Shown one piece after another: positions 39,502-50,100 of a stretch of 64,000 bases of DNA (positions within the stretch are counted from its first letter, which is position 1; the number at the start of each line of letters is the position of its first letter). This stretch comes from a bacterium (GTDB taxonomy: Bacteria; Electryoneota; JAOADG01), in assembly GCA_963681965.1 (NCBI GenBank), contig OY820579.1, forward strand, positions 3,648,001 through 3,712,000, written 5' to 3'. Under the pieces are notes generated by a model, which saw only the letters and a list, made by a program, of their open reading frames with translations, ran no database searches and was not told the DNA's origin. The translations under genes and the position numbers were made by a program.

Positions 39502-40662
39502 TCAATTTAGCGAGTGTTTCACTTCCGTCAGTACTAGTGGTAACCGAAGCATGAAAATTGTGCCGAATTCCGCATCCGAGGTGAATGAAACCGATCCCTG
39601 AAGATAGCGTTCCGTAAGCAACAAGATGCTATAGGTTCCAATTCCCCGACCCTTTCCTTTGGTCGAGAAGGAGCGTTGAAACATCTGCATTTTCACTTCC
39701 GGTGCCATTTCACACGAATTGTGAATGGTGATCTTCAGCGTATCGGCATCGCGGAGACAGCTAATTGTGACTGCGTCGCCTTTGGACGATGCCTCGAGCG
39801 CGTTTTTGATCAAATTGATGAGTACCCGTCTCAGAATCGATTGATCGGTTGCGATCAAAACATCTTTTGATTCTTTATGAATTACAATCGCTTTTTCTTT
39901 GGCGAAAGAATAGCTTCGACAATATTGAATAGCATCGTCGAACAAATTATGGATTGAATAAACTCCGAATTCGAGACTCAGTTCATCGCGTTCAGCCAAT
40001 AATAACTGCCGTTGCGCCTTAATATCTTCGATCATCCCTTTGGTTAGATCGGGAAGCCGAGTCATAATACTTCGCATCATCTCCGGATCATCGGTCCGAG
40101 CGCCATTATCAGCCAAGCCATAAATTGCAAACGCGGAATTGAGAATATCGTGGAAGAAGATTTGTTCCAGTACTTCCATACGCTTTTGTTCGCTGATATT
40201 GGTGATCGAAAATAGCGTATAAAATTCGTCATGAACCCAAACGGGAGAAGCATTTACCCGCAACTCGATCGCTTCGACCCGTTCGTTGCGTCGAACCGTC
40301 ATCCGGCATTCCCGGGTGGCGTGCTCACCGACCTGACTACTCAAGATCGCAATCACCGCACCGCAATACCGGCAATATTCGGTTGTACCACATCCACCTT
40401 CGGTTTCGCAACTATGTATACAAGAAAATAGTTCACCGGGTCGAATTCCGAGGATCTGACTATCATCGGTGATACAGAGATCTCGCATCAACTGCGCATT
40501 GTAAAACACAATCTGTCGTTGTCGATTCAAGATCAATACAATATTCGGCATACCATCGATAAACGCCTTGATATGCTCAGAAACTGCGATCTGAATATTA
40601 TGTTCTTGAATCGAGCTTTTATCGGCACGTACTGCCGGAGCGAAAGCTGTAGTATTTGTCAT
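39502..40662 (-). CDS. Cytoplasmic PAS-like sensor histidine kinase
   Basis: H-box FFHDILN, N-box NLIKNALEAS, FSTKGKGRGIG, and a Cys-rich sensor region. Start at ATG 40662, coupled to the mutase stop (TGATG). Confidence 0.88.
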   Translation of the reverse strand: MTNTTAFAPAVRADKSSIQEHNIQIAVSEHIKAFIDGMPNIVLILNRQRQIVFYNAQLMRDLCITDDSQILGIRPGELFSCIHSCETEGGCGTTEYCRYCGAVIAILSSQVGEHATRECRMTVRRNERVEAIELRVNASPVWVHDEFYTLFSITNISEQKRMEVLEQIFFHDILNSAFAIYGLADNGARTDDPEMMRSIMTRLPDLTKGMIEDIKAQRQLLLAERDELSLEFGVYSIHNLFDDAIQYCRSYSFAKEKAIVIHKESKDVLIATDQSILRRVLINLIKNALEASSKGDAVTISCLRDADTLKITIHNSCEMAPEVKMQMFQRSFSTKGKGRGIGTYSILLLTERYLQGSVSFTSDAEFGTIFMLRLPLVLTEVKHSLN

Positions 40663-42410
40663 CAGAACACCGTTGTTTCGAGATACTCGCCGTACACTTG
40701 TTTCATCACACCGATCATCTCCCCAACCGTAACCATTGCATTGGCACAATTCAGGACATAGGGCATCACATTCTTGTCTTCTTCGCAGGCACCTTTCAGT
40801 TGTGCTAGCGATTCCTGCGCCACGGTGTTGTTCCGGTCGACGCGAATCTTTCGTAAAATCGAAACTTGTCGTTCTTCGGCGGTTTCGGAAATCTTCAAAA
40901 TCGGGATATCGATCGCCTCGTCACTTTCGACAAAGCCATTTACCCCGACAATTATTCGTTGTTTCGAATCCAACTCCTGTTGATGACGATACGCCGCCTG
41001 AGCAATCTCACGCTGGAAGAATCCGCTGTCGATCCCGGCAATCACACCGGGCAGAAATCCTCGATTGCCGCCCAAATCGTCGATCTTCCGGAAATATTCC
41101 ATCGCTTCGGCTTCGATCCGATCGGTCAGCTCTTCGATGAAATAACTGCCACCGAGTGGATCGACGGTATGCGCAACACCGATTTCATTCGCAATGATTT
41201 GCTGCGTACGCAATGCAATCTTCACCGCTTTTTCCGACGGCAATGCTAACGTCTCATCCATCGAATTGGTGTGCAGCGACTGCGTCCCGCCAAATACCGC
41301 CGCTAATGCTTCGTAAGCAGTGCGTACAATATTATTCTCCGGTTGTTGCGCAGTCAGCGAGCAACCCGCCGTTTGCGTATGGAACCGCAACATCCACGAG
41401 CGGGGTTTCTTCGCGCCGTAATGTTCTTTCATCATGCGCGCATAAATACGACGTGCAGCGCGGAACTTCGCCACTTCTTCGAAAAAGTCGATATGACTAT
41501 TGAAGAAGTGCGAGAGACGCGGGGCAAATTCATCGATATCGAGACCACGCTCCATCGCCGCTTCGATATAGGCAAACCCGTCTGCCAGAGTAAATGCAAG
41601 TTCCTGTGCCGCAGTCGAGCCGGCTTCGCGAATGTGGTACCCGCTGATCGAAACACTATTCCAGCGCGGCATCTCTTTCGCCGCAAATTCGATCATATCG
41701 ACCACTAATTTTATCGACGGTCGCACCGGAAAAATAAATTCTTTCTGCGCAATAAATTCTTTCAGGATGTCATTCTGCAGCGTACCGCCCATTTTGGCGC
41801 GCGGCGTCCCTTTTTTCTCACCGGCGGCAATGTAGTATGCCCACAAGATGAACGATGGGGAATTGATTGTCATCGAAGTCGTGACGGCACCTTGATCGAT
41901 GCCCTGCATGAGCACTTCCATATCGCGCAGGCTGCTGATTGCGACACCGCACTTGCCGACTTCGCCCAGCGCCCACTGGTCGTCGGCATCGCGACCCATC
42001 AGCGTCGGTAAATCGAAGGCGACGGAGAGTCCGGTTTGACCATTCTTCAATAGATAGTGATAGCGCTCATTGGTCTCTTCCGGCGTGCCAAATCCAGCGA
42101 ATTGTCGCATCGTCCAAAGTTTACCGCGATACATATTGGGATGAATTCCGCGCGTGTAAGGGTACTGACCGGGAAAACCGAGTTCAGTCACTACTTTACG
42201 GTCGTGCGATTTTTCCGGAAGCCCGATCAGTTCGATCGGATCCGATGATACGGTTTTATAGAACCCGCCGCGATCCGATGTTTCGGCAACCGACTTCTCC
42301 CACAGTGCTTTTGCAGTAGCGTAAGCGTCGGGTGAGTCCGGTGGTCGTTCCGGAGTCGATAGTGAATCGTGCAAACTTTTTCGATTGTGATTCGCGGTTG
42401 GTTCCGCCAT
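40662..42410 (-). CDS. B12-dependent acyl-CoA mutase, substrate-binding large subunit (isobutyryl-CoA-mutase-like residues)
   Basis: PGQYPYTRG, WTMRQFAGF, GLSVAFDLPT, QNDILKEFIAQKE, SISGYHIREAG and QSLHTNS motifs. Start at ATG 42410. Confidence 0.93.
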   Translation of the reverse strand: MAEPTANHNRKSLHDSLSTPERPPDSPDAYATAKALWEKSVAETSDRGGFYKTVSSDPIELIGLPEKSHDRKVVTELGFPGQYPYTRGIHPNMYRGKLWTMRQFAGFGTPEETNERYHYLLKNGQTGLSVAFDLPTLMGRDADDQWALGEVGKCGVAISSLRDMEVLMQGIDQGAVTTSMTINSPSFILWAYYIAAGEKKGTPRAKMGGTLQNDILKEFIAQKEFIFPVRPSIKLVVDMIEFAAKEMPRWNSVSISGYHIREAGSTAAQELAFTLADGFAYIEAAMERGLDIDEFAPRLSHFFNSHIDFFEEVAKFRAARRIYARMMKEHYGAKKPRSWMLRFHTQTAGCSLTAQQPENNIVRTAYEALAAVFGGTQSLHTNSMDETLALPSEKAVKIALRTQQIIANEIGVAHTVDPLGGSYFIEELTDRIEAEAMEYFRKIDDLGGNRGFLPGVIAGIDSGFFQREIAQAAYRHQQELDSKQRIIVGVNGFVESDEAIDIPILKISETAEERQVSILRKIRVDRNNTVAQESLAQLKGACEEDKNVMPYVLNCANAMVTVGEMIGVMKQVYGEYLETTVF

Positions 42411-42411
42411 T

Positions 42412-43350
42412 TCAATTCCCCCTGAAACTTCGATACAATTCTTCAATAATCTCTTGCGGTTCGCGGCGTGCGGCAATTCCCTCGAGCAACGCTGCGTCGC
42501 GTCCATCCGACCACAACTCGCGTTCAATTCGCTCGGTTAACAGCGCCCGCAAGCGGCGTGCATACCGGCTGTCGCGTCGATGTTTCAACTCGCCGCACTC
42601 CCCCAGCACGACGCGATGACGATCGATGGTTTCGATCAATTCGACGATCCCCTTATTTTCGGTAGCAACTGTATTCAACAACGGCGGTGTCCAATGATCC
42701 CACATCTTCAATGAAATGGCGCTATTGAGCTGTTGTGTCGCCCGTTCTGCGCCATCGGCATCCGATTTGTTCATGACGAAGACATCGGCGATTTCCATCA
42801 GACCCGACTTCATCCCCTGAATCGAGTCGCCTGACTGCGGCACGACCACCACCAGTGTAGTATCGGCACAGCGCGCCACTTCGAGTTCCGACTGACCGAC
42901 ACCGACAGTTTCCAGAATCACGACATCGTAACCGAAGAGGTCGAACAGATCCGCAGCAACATCGACACCATGCGCGAGACCACCGCTGGCACCACGCGAT
43001 GCCATACTCCGGATAAATACACCCCGGTCCCCACCGAGGATCTGCATCCGAATCCGGTCGCCCAGCAGCGCACCTCCGGAAAATGGCGACGAGGGATCGA
43101 CGGCGATGATCCCCACTGTCCGGTTCAGCTCACGGAGCCGTTTTGTCATCATGGTGACAAGCGACGATTTACCCGCGCCGGGTGGTCCAGTAACACCGAT
43201 CCGGTACGATTTGCCCAATTTCTCGTAATCGCGATTGACCGAATCGCGCAACGCTTCGTCACCGTTCTCCAGTCGCGACAGTAATCGCGCGAATCCGCGC
43301 ACGTCGTCTGAGGCAACCAATTCTGTGACCGATGGATACTTATTGTTCAC
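42412..43350 (-). CDS. meaB: Acyl-CoA-mutase-associated GTPase MeaB/ArgK
   Basis: GPPGAGKSS, AVDPSSPFSGGALLGDRIRM, ETVGVGQSE and NKSD motifs. Confidence 0.95.
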   Translation of the reverse strand: MNNKYPSVTELVASDDVRGFARLLSRLENGDEALRDSVNRDYEKLGKSYRIGVTGPPGAGKSSLVTMMTKRLRELNRTVGIIAVDPSSPFSGGALLGDRIRMQILGGDRGVFIRSMASRGASGGLAHGVDVAADLFDLFGYDVVILETVGVGQSELEVARCADTTLVVVVPQSGDSIQGMKSGLMEIADVFVMNKSDADGAERATQQLNSAISLKMWDHWTPPLLNTVATENKGIVELIETIDRHRVVLGECGELKHRRDSRYARRLRALLTERIERELWSDGRDAALLEGIAARREPQEIIEELYRSFRGN

Positions 43351-43853
43351 TAATCGACCTGCTTCTCAAGTTGTTGTTTCTTACTCTGCAAGATATGAGT
43401 AAGGCAGTGATAAATTCAAACTAAATCGAAACCGATTGAATTTTCATGCGATTTTTTGTGCAAATGCTTGCACGATGATGGCTTGATCAACCAAATCAGG
43501 CTTAGACACGTCCACATTCGGATTCAACGATCAATTTGAATAATCAGTTGTTACGAAATACCGATACCATGTTTCACACTGACGTTTAGAATGATACTGA
43601 ATAACCGGTTTCGGTGTTGGATTTTCAGGTGATTGATTTTCAGGGATCGATTGTGGTCGAATGGTGCTTATCCCATTAAATACCTCAAGTATCACTTTAA
43701 CTATTTCATTCTCGTTTATCTACTCCTCTCAGAATAATGAAGATCTTAATATGAAGCAATTTAATTGTGATATTGTGATGCAGAACACGTAGATATAGAG
43801 TGAATCATACATATCTTGTTATTGGAATTGGCACTCAAATTCGGCGGGAGGGG

Positions 43854-46800
43854 ATGATGAAATCGAGATTGGTAATTTTGTTGCAAATTTTGGTGATCGT
43901 GGTCGCAGGGTATGCCATGCCGCCTTATCCCGGTTATGTCGAACAGATGCGCACTCATCTTGCCGAACCGACGTATTACTTGCAGCACGAAACAGCATTG
44001 CGCGCGGCTGGCGTCGATGCCCCAAGCGACGAACGATTCGATCGATCAATCGACGAACTGAATACTAATCGCTTTCTGCTCGTTCTGCTTGTCGATTTCT
44101 CGGACCAACCATCTCGCGTTGCCGCTTCCGCATTCGACGGTTTGTATTTTACCAATTCCAATTCCGTGAATGCATATTTCAACGCTGTTTCTCGTAATAC
44201 TTGCAATTTCACAACGTCGAATCTTCCCTCCGCCATGGGTTGGCTGCGGATGCCGCAAACCTATGAATACTACGTCAATTCGTCAAACGGATTCGGTTCC
44301 TATCCGCGAAATGCACAAAAATTATTCGAAGATGCGATTTCGGCTGCTGTTAGTCGCATCAACTTTTCAACCTACGACAATAACCACGACAATCGCTGCG
44401 ATGGTGTCATACTGGTGCATTCCGGTCCCGGCGCTGAGTTTACCGGCGACAATACCGATATCTGGTCGCATGCCTGGGCAGTCTCACCGCAAACACTCAA
44501 TGGCGTTACCGTTTCCAATTATTGCACCGTCCCGGAATACTGGATCAATTCCGGCGATATGACGATTGGGGTTTCTTGTCACGAGATGGGGCACAATCAA
44601 TTCGCTCTGCCCGATTTATACGACACCGACTATTCTTCGCAAGGAATTGGCGATTGGAGTTTGATGGCGTCCGGATCGTGGAATGGTCCCCTCGGCAATT
44701 CACCTGCGTTTCCCGATGCCTGGAGCAGGGTTTCCATGGGATTTGCTTCGGCGACGACTATCAGTACTTCGATTCCGTCTGCGACCATTTTACCGTCGGA
44801 AACCGCTTCGTCGTTTTATAAAATTGCCGCCAATCCGTCAACCACCGAATATTATCTACTCGAGAATCGCCAATTAACCAGTTTTGATGCAGCCCTCCCC
44901 GCATCCGGCTTATTGATCTGGCATATCGACGAGTCGATTGGAAACAACAACAACGAGTACTATACCGGTCACACGACCGGTCATTATCATGTCGCATTGG
45001 AACAAGCCGATGGATTAAATCATTTGGAACGGAATCAGAATAACGGTGATGCCGCCGACCCCTTCCCCGGATCGACCACCAATCGAAGATTTGCGCCTTC
45101 AACCACCCCGAGTAGTTTGCGCTACGGCGGATTGACTACAACACCGCCGATCGATATCTCCAATATTTCTGTCAGCGGTTCAAATATCACGGCAGCGATC
45201 TCGCTGGCACAATTACCGAATATCGCAGTGCTAGCACCCAACGGCGGCGAGAGCTGGGCAGTTGGATCCAGTCAGACAATCCGCTGGACAAGCTATCAAG
45301 TCACCGGATTATTGAATATCTATCTCAAGCGATCGCCGACTGAGACTTGGGTGCGGATTGGTCCGAATGTCAGCAATACCGGTTCGTTCCGATGGACAGT
45401 AACGGGACCGGCAACATCCACTGCGAAAATTCTAGTACAAAATGCGGCGGCGACGATCAAAGATTCTTCGCAAACGGTATTCTCAATTTATGTTCCACCT
45501 TCGATCACCATCACTGCGCCGAACACGGCGGAATCGTGGCAACTCGGCACAATCAAGACCATAACATGGAATTCAGTCAATGTCAGTGGAACAGTTTCGA
45601 TTCAATTGAATCGATCTTATCCCACCGGATCGTGGGAAACACTCTATGCCGGGGTAACGAATAACAGCAGCCACACGTGGACAGTTACCGGTACAACCAG
45701 CAGCACGTCGCGTTTTCGCATCTTATCCGATGCAACACCCACGGTGGGAGATACAACGAATGCCAGTTTGTACATTTGCAATCTTTCGCTAAGTGCGCCC
45801 GATGGCGGTCAGAGTTGGGGCATCGGTTCGCGGCAGACAATCTCTTGGACGAATGCGAATCTTGCCGGCAATATTTCGCTCTATCTGCGACGAACACCGA
45901 CCAGCACATTGGAAGTGATCGCCACCAACATCACCAACACGGGTTCGCGGGTCTGGACGGTGACCGGTCCGGTGACATCCACTGCTCGCATTCTAGTAAG
46001 AAATGTCGCGTGTATTGTCGCCGATAGTTCATCTAGTACATTTTCGATTTTTCAACCGCCGAAAATCACAGTAACCAGTCCGAATGGTGCAGAATTATGG
46101 CAAGGAGGCACCATTCACAATGTGACTTGGACGGCATTGAGTATCAGTGGAACGGTTGTCGTGCAGATCAATCGCAGCTATCCGTCGGGGACGTGGGAAA
46201 CGCTGCAATCTGGAGTCTCAGCCAGCGGCTCGTACCCTTGGACGGTGTCCGGATCGGGATCGACCAATCGGATCCGCGTGGTGTGGTCGAGCAATTCGAT
46301 GATCTGCGATACGTCGAATGCGATTTTCTCCATTCCATCAATAGTTTTGACGAGTCCCAACGGTGGCGAAAATTTAACGATCGGTTCAACAAGAACGATA
46401 ACGTGGACGAGTAGTCTGGTCAGTGGAACGCTGAATATTTATCTGCGACGTTCGAATAGTACCACATGGACACGCATCTGTCCGAATGTTGCCAATACTG
46501 GTTCGGCACGGTGGGTCGTTACCTCGCCAATCACTTCGACGGCGAAAATATTGATTCAAAATGCTGCCGCGACGATCAAAGATTCCAGCAATGCGGTGTT
46601 TTCCATCGGCGTTACCGGTTCTCCCGATACACCCACTACCCCAATCGGTACGTCGGAGAATCCAACGGCATCGATTCCGATCGCGTTTCAGCTATCCGCA
46701 GCACCGAATCCATTCAATCCATCGACGACGATCTCGTTTTCGTTACCTCACGAGAGTGTCGTATCACTGACGATTTTCGATGCGCGCGGTGCAGAAGTAC

Positions 46801-46943
46801 AACGATTAGTGCCACCCACCAATTATCGCGCCGGTAAGTATTCAGTGCGGTTCGACGGTTCGCGGTTAAGCGGTGGTGTCTATTATTACCGGTTGACTAA
46901 TGGCAGTGAAACGACTGTTAAGAAGATTGTGTTGGTAAAGTAA
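43854..46943 (+). CDS. Secreted M6-family (immune inhibitor A-like) metalloprotease with five Ig-like repeats and C-terminal sorting domain
   Basis: LVDFSD, HSGPGAE, IWSH, HEMGH..ALPDLYD, WSLMASGSWNG, EYYLLENRQ, five (S/A)PNGGE.W..G...I.W repeats, and an APNPFNPST CTD. Confidence 0.92.
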   Translation: MMKSRLVILLQILVIVVAGYAMPPYPGYVEQMRTHLAEPTYYLQHETALRAAGVDAPSDERFDRSIDELNTNRFLLVLLVDFSDQPSRVAASAFDGLYFTNSNSVNAYFNAVSRNTCNFTTSNLPSAMGWLRMPQTYEYYVNSSNGFGSYPRNAQKLFEDAISAAVSRINFSTYDNNHDNRCDGVILVHSGPGAEFTGDNTDIWSHAWAVSPQTLNGVTVSNYCTVPEYWINSGDMTIGVSCHEMGHNQFALPDLYDTDYSSQGIGDWSLMASGSWNGPLGNSPAFPDAWSRVSMGFASATTISTSIPSATILPSETASSFYKIAANPSTTEYYLLENRQLTSFDAALPASGLLIWHIDESIGNNNNEYYTGHTTGHYHVALEQADGLNHLERNQNNGDAADPFPGSTTNRRFAPSTTPSSLRYGGLTTTPPIDISNISVSGSNITAAISLAQLPNIAVLAPNGGESWAVGSSQTIRWTSYQVTGLLNIYLKRSPTETWVRIGPNVSNTGSFRWTVTGPATSTAKILVQNAAATIKDSSQTVFSIYVPPSITITAPNTAESWQLGTIKTITWNSVNVSGTVSIQLNRSYPTGSWETLYAGVTNNSSHTWTVTGTTSSTSRFRILSDATPTVGDTTNASLYICNLSLSAPDGGQSWGIGSRQTISWTNANLAGNISLYLRRTPTSTLEVIATNITNTGSRVWTVTGPVTSTARILVRNVACIVADSSSSTFSIFQPPKITVTSPNGAELWQGGTIHNVTWTALSISGTVVVQINRSYPSGTWETLQSGVSASGSYPWTVSGSGSTNRIRVVWSSNSMICDTSNAIFSIPSIVLTSPNGGENLTIGSTRTITWTSSLVSGTLNIYLRRSNSTTWTRICPNVANTGSARWVVTSPITSTAKILIQNAAATIKDSSNAVFSIGVTGSPDTPTTPIGTSENPTASIPIAFQLSAAPNPFNPSTTISFSLPHESVVSLTIFDARGAEVQRLVPPTNYRAGKYSVRFDGSRLSGGVYYYRLTNGSETTVKKIVLVK

Positions 46944-46965
46944 CGCATACCGATTGTTTAAAATA

Positions 46966-46999
46966 GAAGGGTGAACGCGTGTTCACCCTTCATTTTTTG
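46966..46999 (+). terminator. Intrinsic terminator of the M6 protease gene
   Basis: GAAGGGTGAAC-GCGT-GTTCACCCTTC followed by ATTTTTTG. Confidence 0.85.
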
Positions 47000-47111
47000 T
47001 TGTTTACAAATAATCATTGTCATCATTAGTAGGGGCGGACCCCCGTGTCCGACCGTTTTGCAAGCGAAGCCTGACCACAGATTTTACAGCGATTAGTATC
47101 TCTATGATCTG

Positions 47112-50100
47112 CTATTTTTTGTAATACCCGATCTTCCAACCCACCAGTCTCCCTTCGACGTTGCCATACAATACACCATCGCGAACGACTGGATCGGCAA
47201 TCGAACCGAATGGGAGTAGTTCGTGGAAAACAATTTCGCCACTCGCTTGATTCAATAACTGCAATTCACCATTCTTCATGATGATCGGAACATTCAGTGG
47301 ATCGTCGGTAAATGCCGCGTCATGCAGATTCGAAAGATCTTTTTTCCAGAGAATACGATCGACATCGTTTGTACCGGTGGCAAGATCAATTCCGATCAAG
47401 TTTTCATTTTCACCGTGCAATGCAATTTTATTCGTCTGCAACGGCAACCAGAACGTTTTCAAGCGGCTCTTGGTCGAACCCATGTAGAACTCATCCAGAC
47501 CGCTGATCTTCGTCGTACGTGCAATATTCCGTGCCGGATCGAAGAAATAGAGTTGATTCTCTTTTTGGTAAATCAACGTCCCTTCGGTATTGCAACAAGC
47601 GTAATGAAATCCGTCGGGTAAAATCCAATTGGCAAGTTGTTTCCCCGTTCGTGGATCGATCTCGGACAATCCTTTGCAGATGTTGCTGTTGAATCCGATC
47701 ATTCCGTTTTTCACTTTCGTGATCAACGTATCTTTCCCGCGCAAGTACTTCAGATCGAGCTTTTCACCCGATTGATAACATTTCTTGATGTCGTTAATGT
47801 CGGAGTTATTACCGATATGATACGACCCGAGCCCGATGACGATATCGTCTTTTTTGATCCCGGCTTGTTCGGCTTGTCCACCTGGATTAACCGAAACTAC
47901 TTTCCTACCATAGACTGTGTGAACGTAAAAATGCTCGCCGCTCTTGACCGGCTTATCACTAGTCGTATCGCACCACCCGGGTCGAACGCCGTCGATATTG
48001 ATACCGAAGGTATATTGTCGGTCCGTCTCGGGTTTCATTCCCCATTCCAGAAATTCACCGAGGAGATAACCGTCTTTGTTCGGCGCCGTACCTGACGGAA
48101 TCCACCAATGTATTCGCGAGTCGGACAATCGGACAGAAGGATCGAGATAGGTTGTCTTGATCGGTTGCAGGGTTTTCACAGAACCATCATTTGAAAAGAG
48201 ATTTGGCGTCCAGACAACGTCATTTTTTCCGGCAGTTTTCGAATAAGTAAAGTAGATTGGACCCGCCTGCGAATTAAGTGAATACGACGTCAGCATCGGC
48301 AAATTGTCAACTTGAAGTTGCCCATCATCCAACCGAACAGTATTGCGTTTCATCAATCGGTCGCGCGCGATATAGTCTTCCCTGCCCCAATCGTTCCAGA
48401 CCAGAGCGGTTTTATTCTGCACGGAAATGGTATGACTCTCCTCCATAAACGGTTCGGTAACTACTGATAACCCGTGTTTCTGCAATGTACTTTTCCAACT
48501 GTTCTCACCCGTTGCCAGATAACTCTCCCAGGCAATTCGATTGGCATCCGTAACCAACTTCTTGGATTGAAGATATTCGAATAACGATGTTCGAAGTGAA
48601 GTCGTCGGAAATTCACCGGGTTGCATAGCGATTGGGAGGTATTGGGAAGCTTTGTTATCGGTACCCAAATGCTGTTGCGCGACGATTGCCACTGCAGCCA
48701 ACTCGCGTAAAAGCTTGCGATCGGAGGACAATCGTTGCATTTCGAACAGCGGTACTTCCCAGTTGTCCATCGCGAAGAACCACTTTCCATTGCTACTAAT
48801 CTCAGCAGGTTCCATTCCCCAATGATTATTCGTCATGTAGAGGGTCGAACCATCCCGCGCATCGATCAGATACTGTGTACCGATAGAAGCGCCATGCAAC
48901 CAAAGATAGCGGTCGTCGTACTGGTATAACCGTCCCTCGGATTCAAGCGTGCGGTAAGGTTTTCGCCACATCACCGTTTGCGATTTCAAATCGTACGCAA
49001 TCAACTCGCCGGGTGATCGATAATAATACAGCATTGTTGAATTCGATTTGTCGGCTTCGGAGACGAGGTGATCGACTCCCGCATTTTTTTTGTTCCCAAT
49101 TGCAACGTGAACCAGCGCACCGGTCACATCGTATACCGGACGATTCCCGTCGAATACCCGTAATCCCTGATCGCCTGAATTGATCAAATATTTTCCATTG
49201 GCATGTAAGTTACGCCCGGCGACCGAGAATTTGATCGGTTTAGAAGTACCAGAACGATTTAGATCGTTCAAGTACAAACTGTCACCGATGATTCGCGCCA
49301 GTTTGGTGTCGTTGTCGTACAATACCGTGTTCAGCAATTCGCTCGATTTCGATCCGGTCGAGATATCAAACGTTGTTATGGAATGTGGAACTTGCGAGAA
49401 ATCGCACCGTAACAGCGAATCGATATCGTTGCGAAGAAAGTAATAATTCGGTGCATGCCAGATTCCGTCCAGTGTCAACCGTGGAGGTAATTCACCGCGG
49501 TCCGCGACTTGATTGGTGGTATAATTGAGCCGTAGATAACGGCTGCTATCGATTATGAAGGCACAATTCTTGTCGTTGAGATATCGAAAATTCCGCATCC
49601 ACGGTCCGGAATAATAATTATAGTTTTCTGCCTCCAGAGTGACATGGCGTAACTCGGTCAGGTCCTTCAACTCGCCACTGATCGTGTTGATGCTAAATAT
49701 CGTAGACGCTTTCTCGCCGACTTTCAAGGCATACATCATGTCGCCGGAAATGTCCAACACCTGTAGAAATTTGCAATCGAAAGAAAGGTCGAGCGGAAAT
49801 GAGATGCGATCGCTGCGGAGAATGATGAGTCGCCAATCCTTCATATCCTTGAGCCACAATCTCGAATAGACGATTCGGTAGTCGTGTCCGGTTAGATATT
49901 GATTATACATCGAGCGGTAGTCGGAGGTTTTGATCGTCTTGATCGATTTTCCCGACTTCGTTTCTAGAATTTCGATCGATGAGCGTAGCGAATTTGTGCG
50001 GAATTGTTTTTTTACGACAGTGAAGTCGCCGAGAAATTCGGCTTCGTTGATGCTCCGATCCGGATCGTAAAACGACCATTCGCCGAAACGCGTGGAATCC

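Noticed and set aside
43351-43853. Cobalamin riboswitch upstream of meaB and the mutase
   Set aside because: I found no B12-box or GGGAA...GCCACTG-type motifs on either strand. The region looks like an AT-rich divergent promoter.
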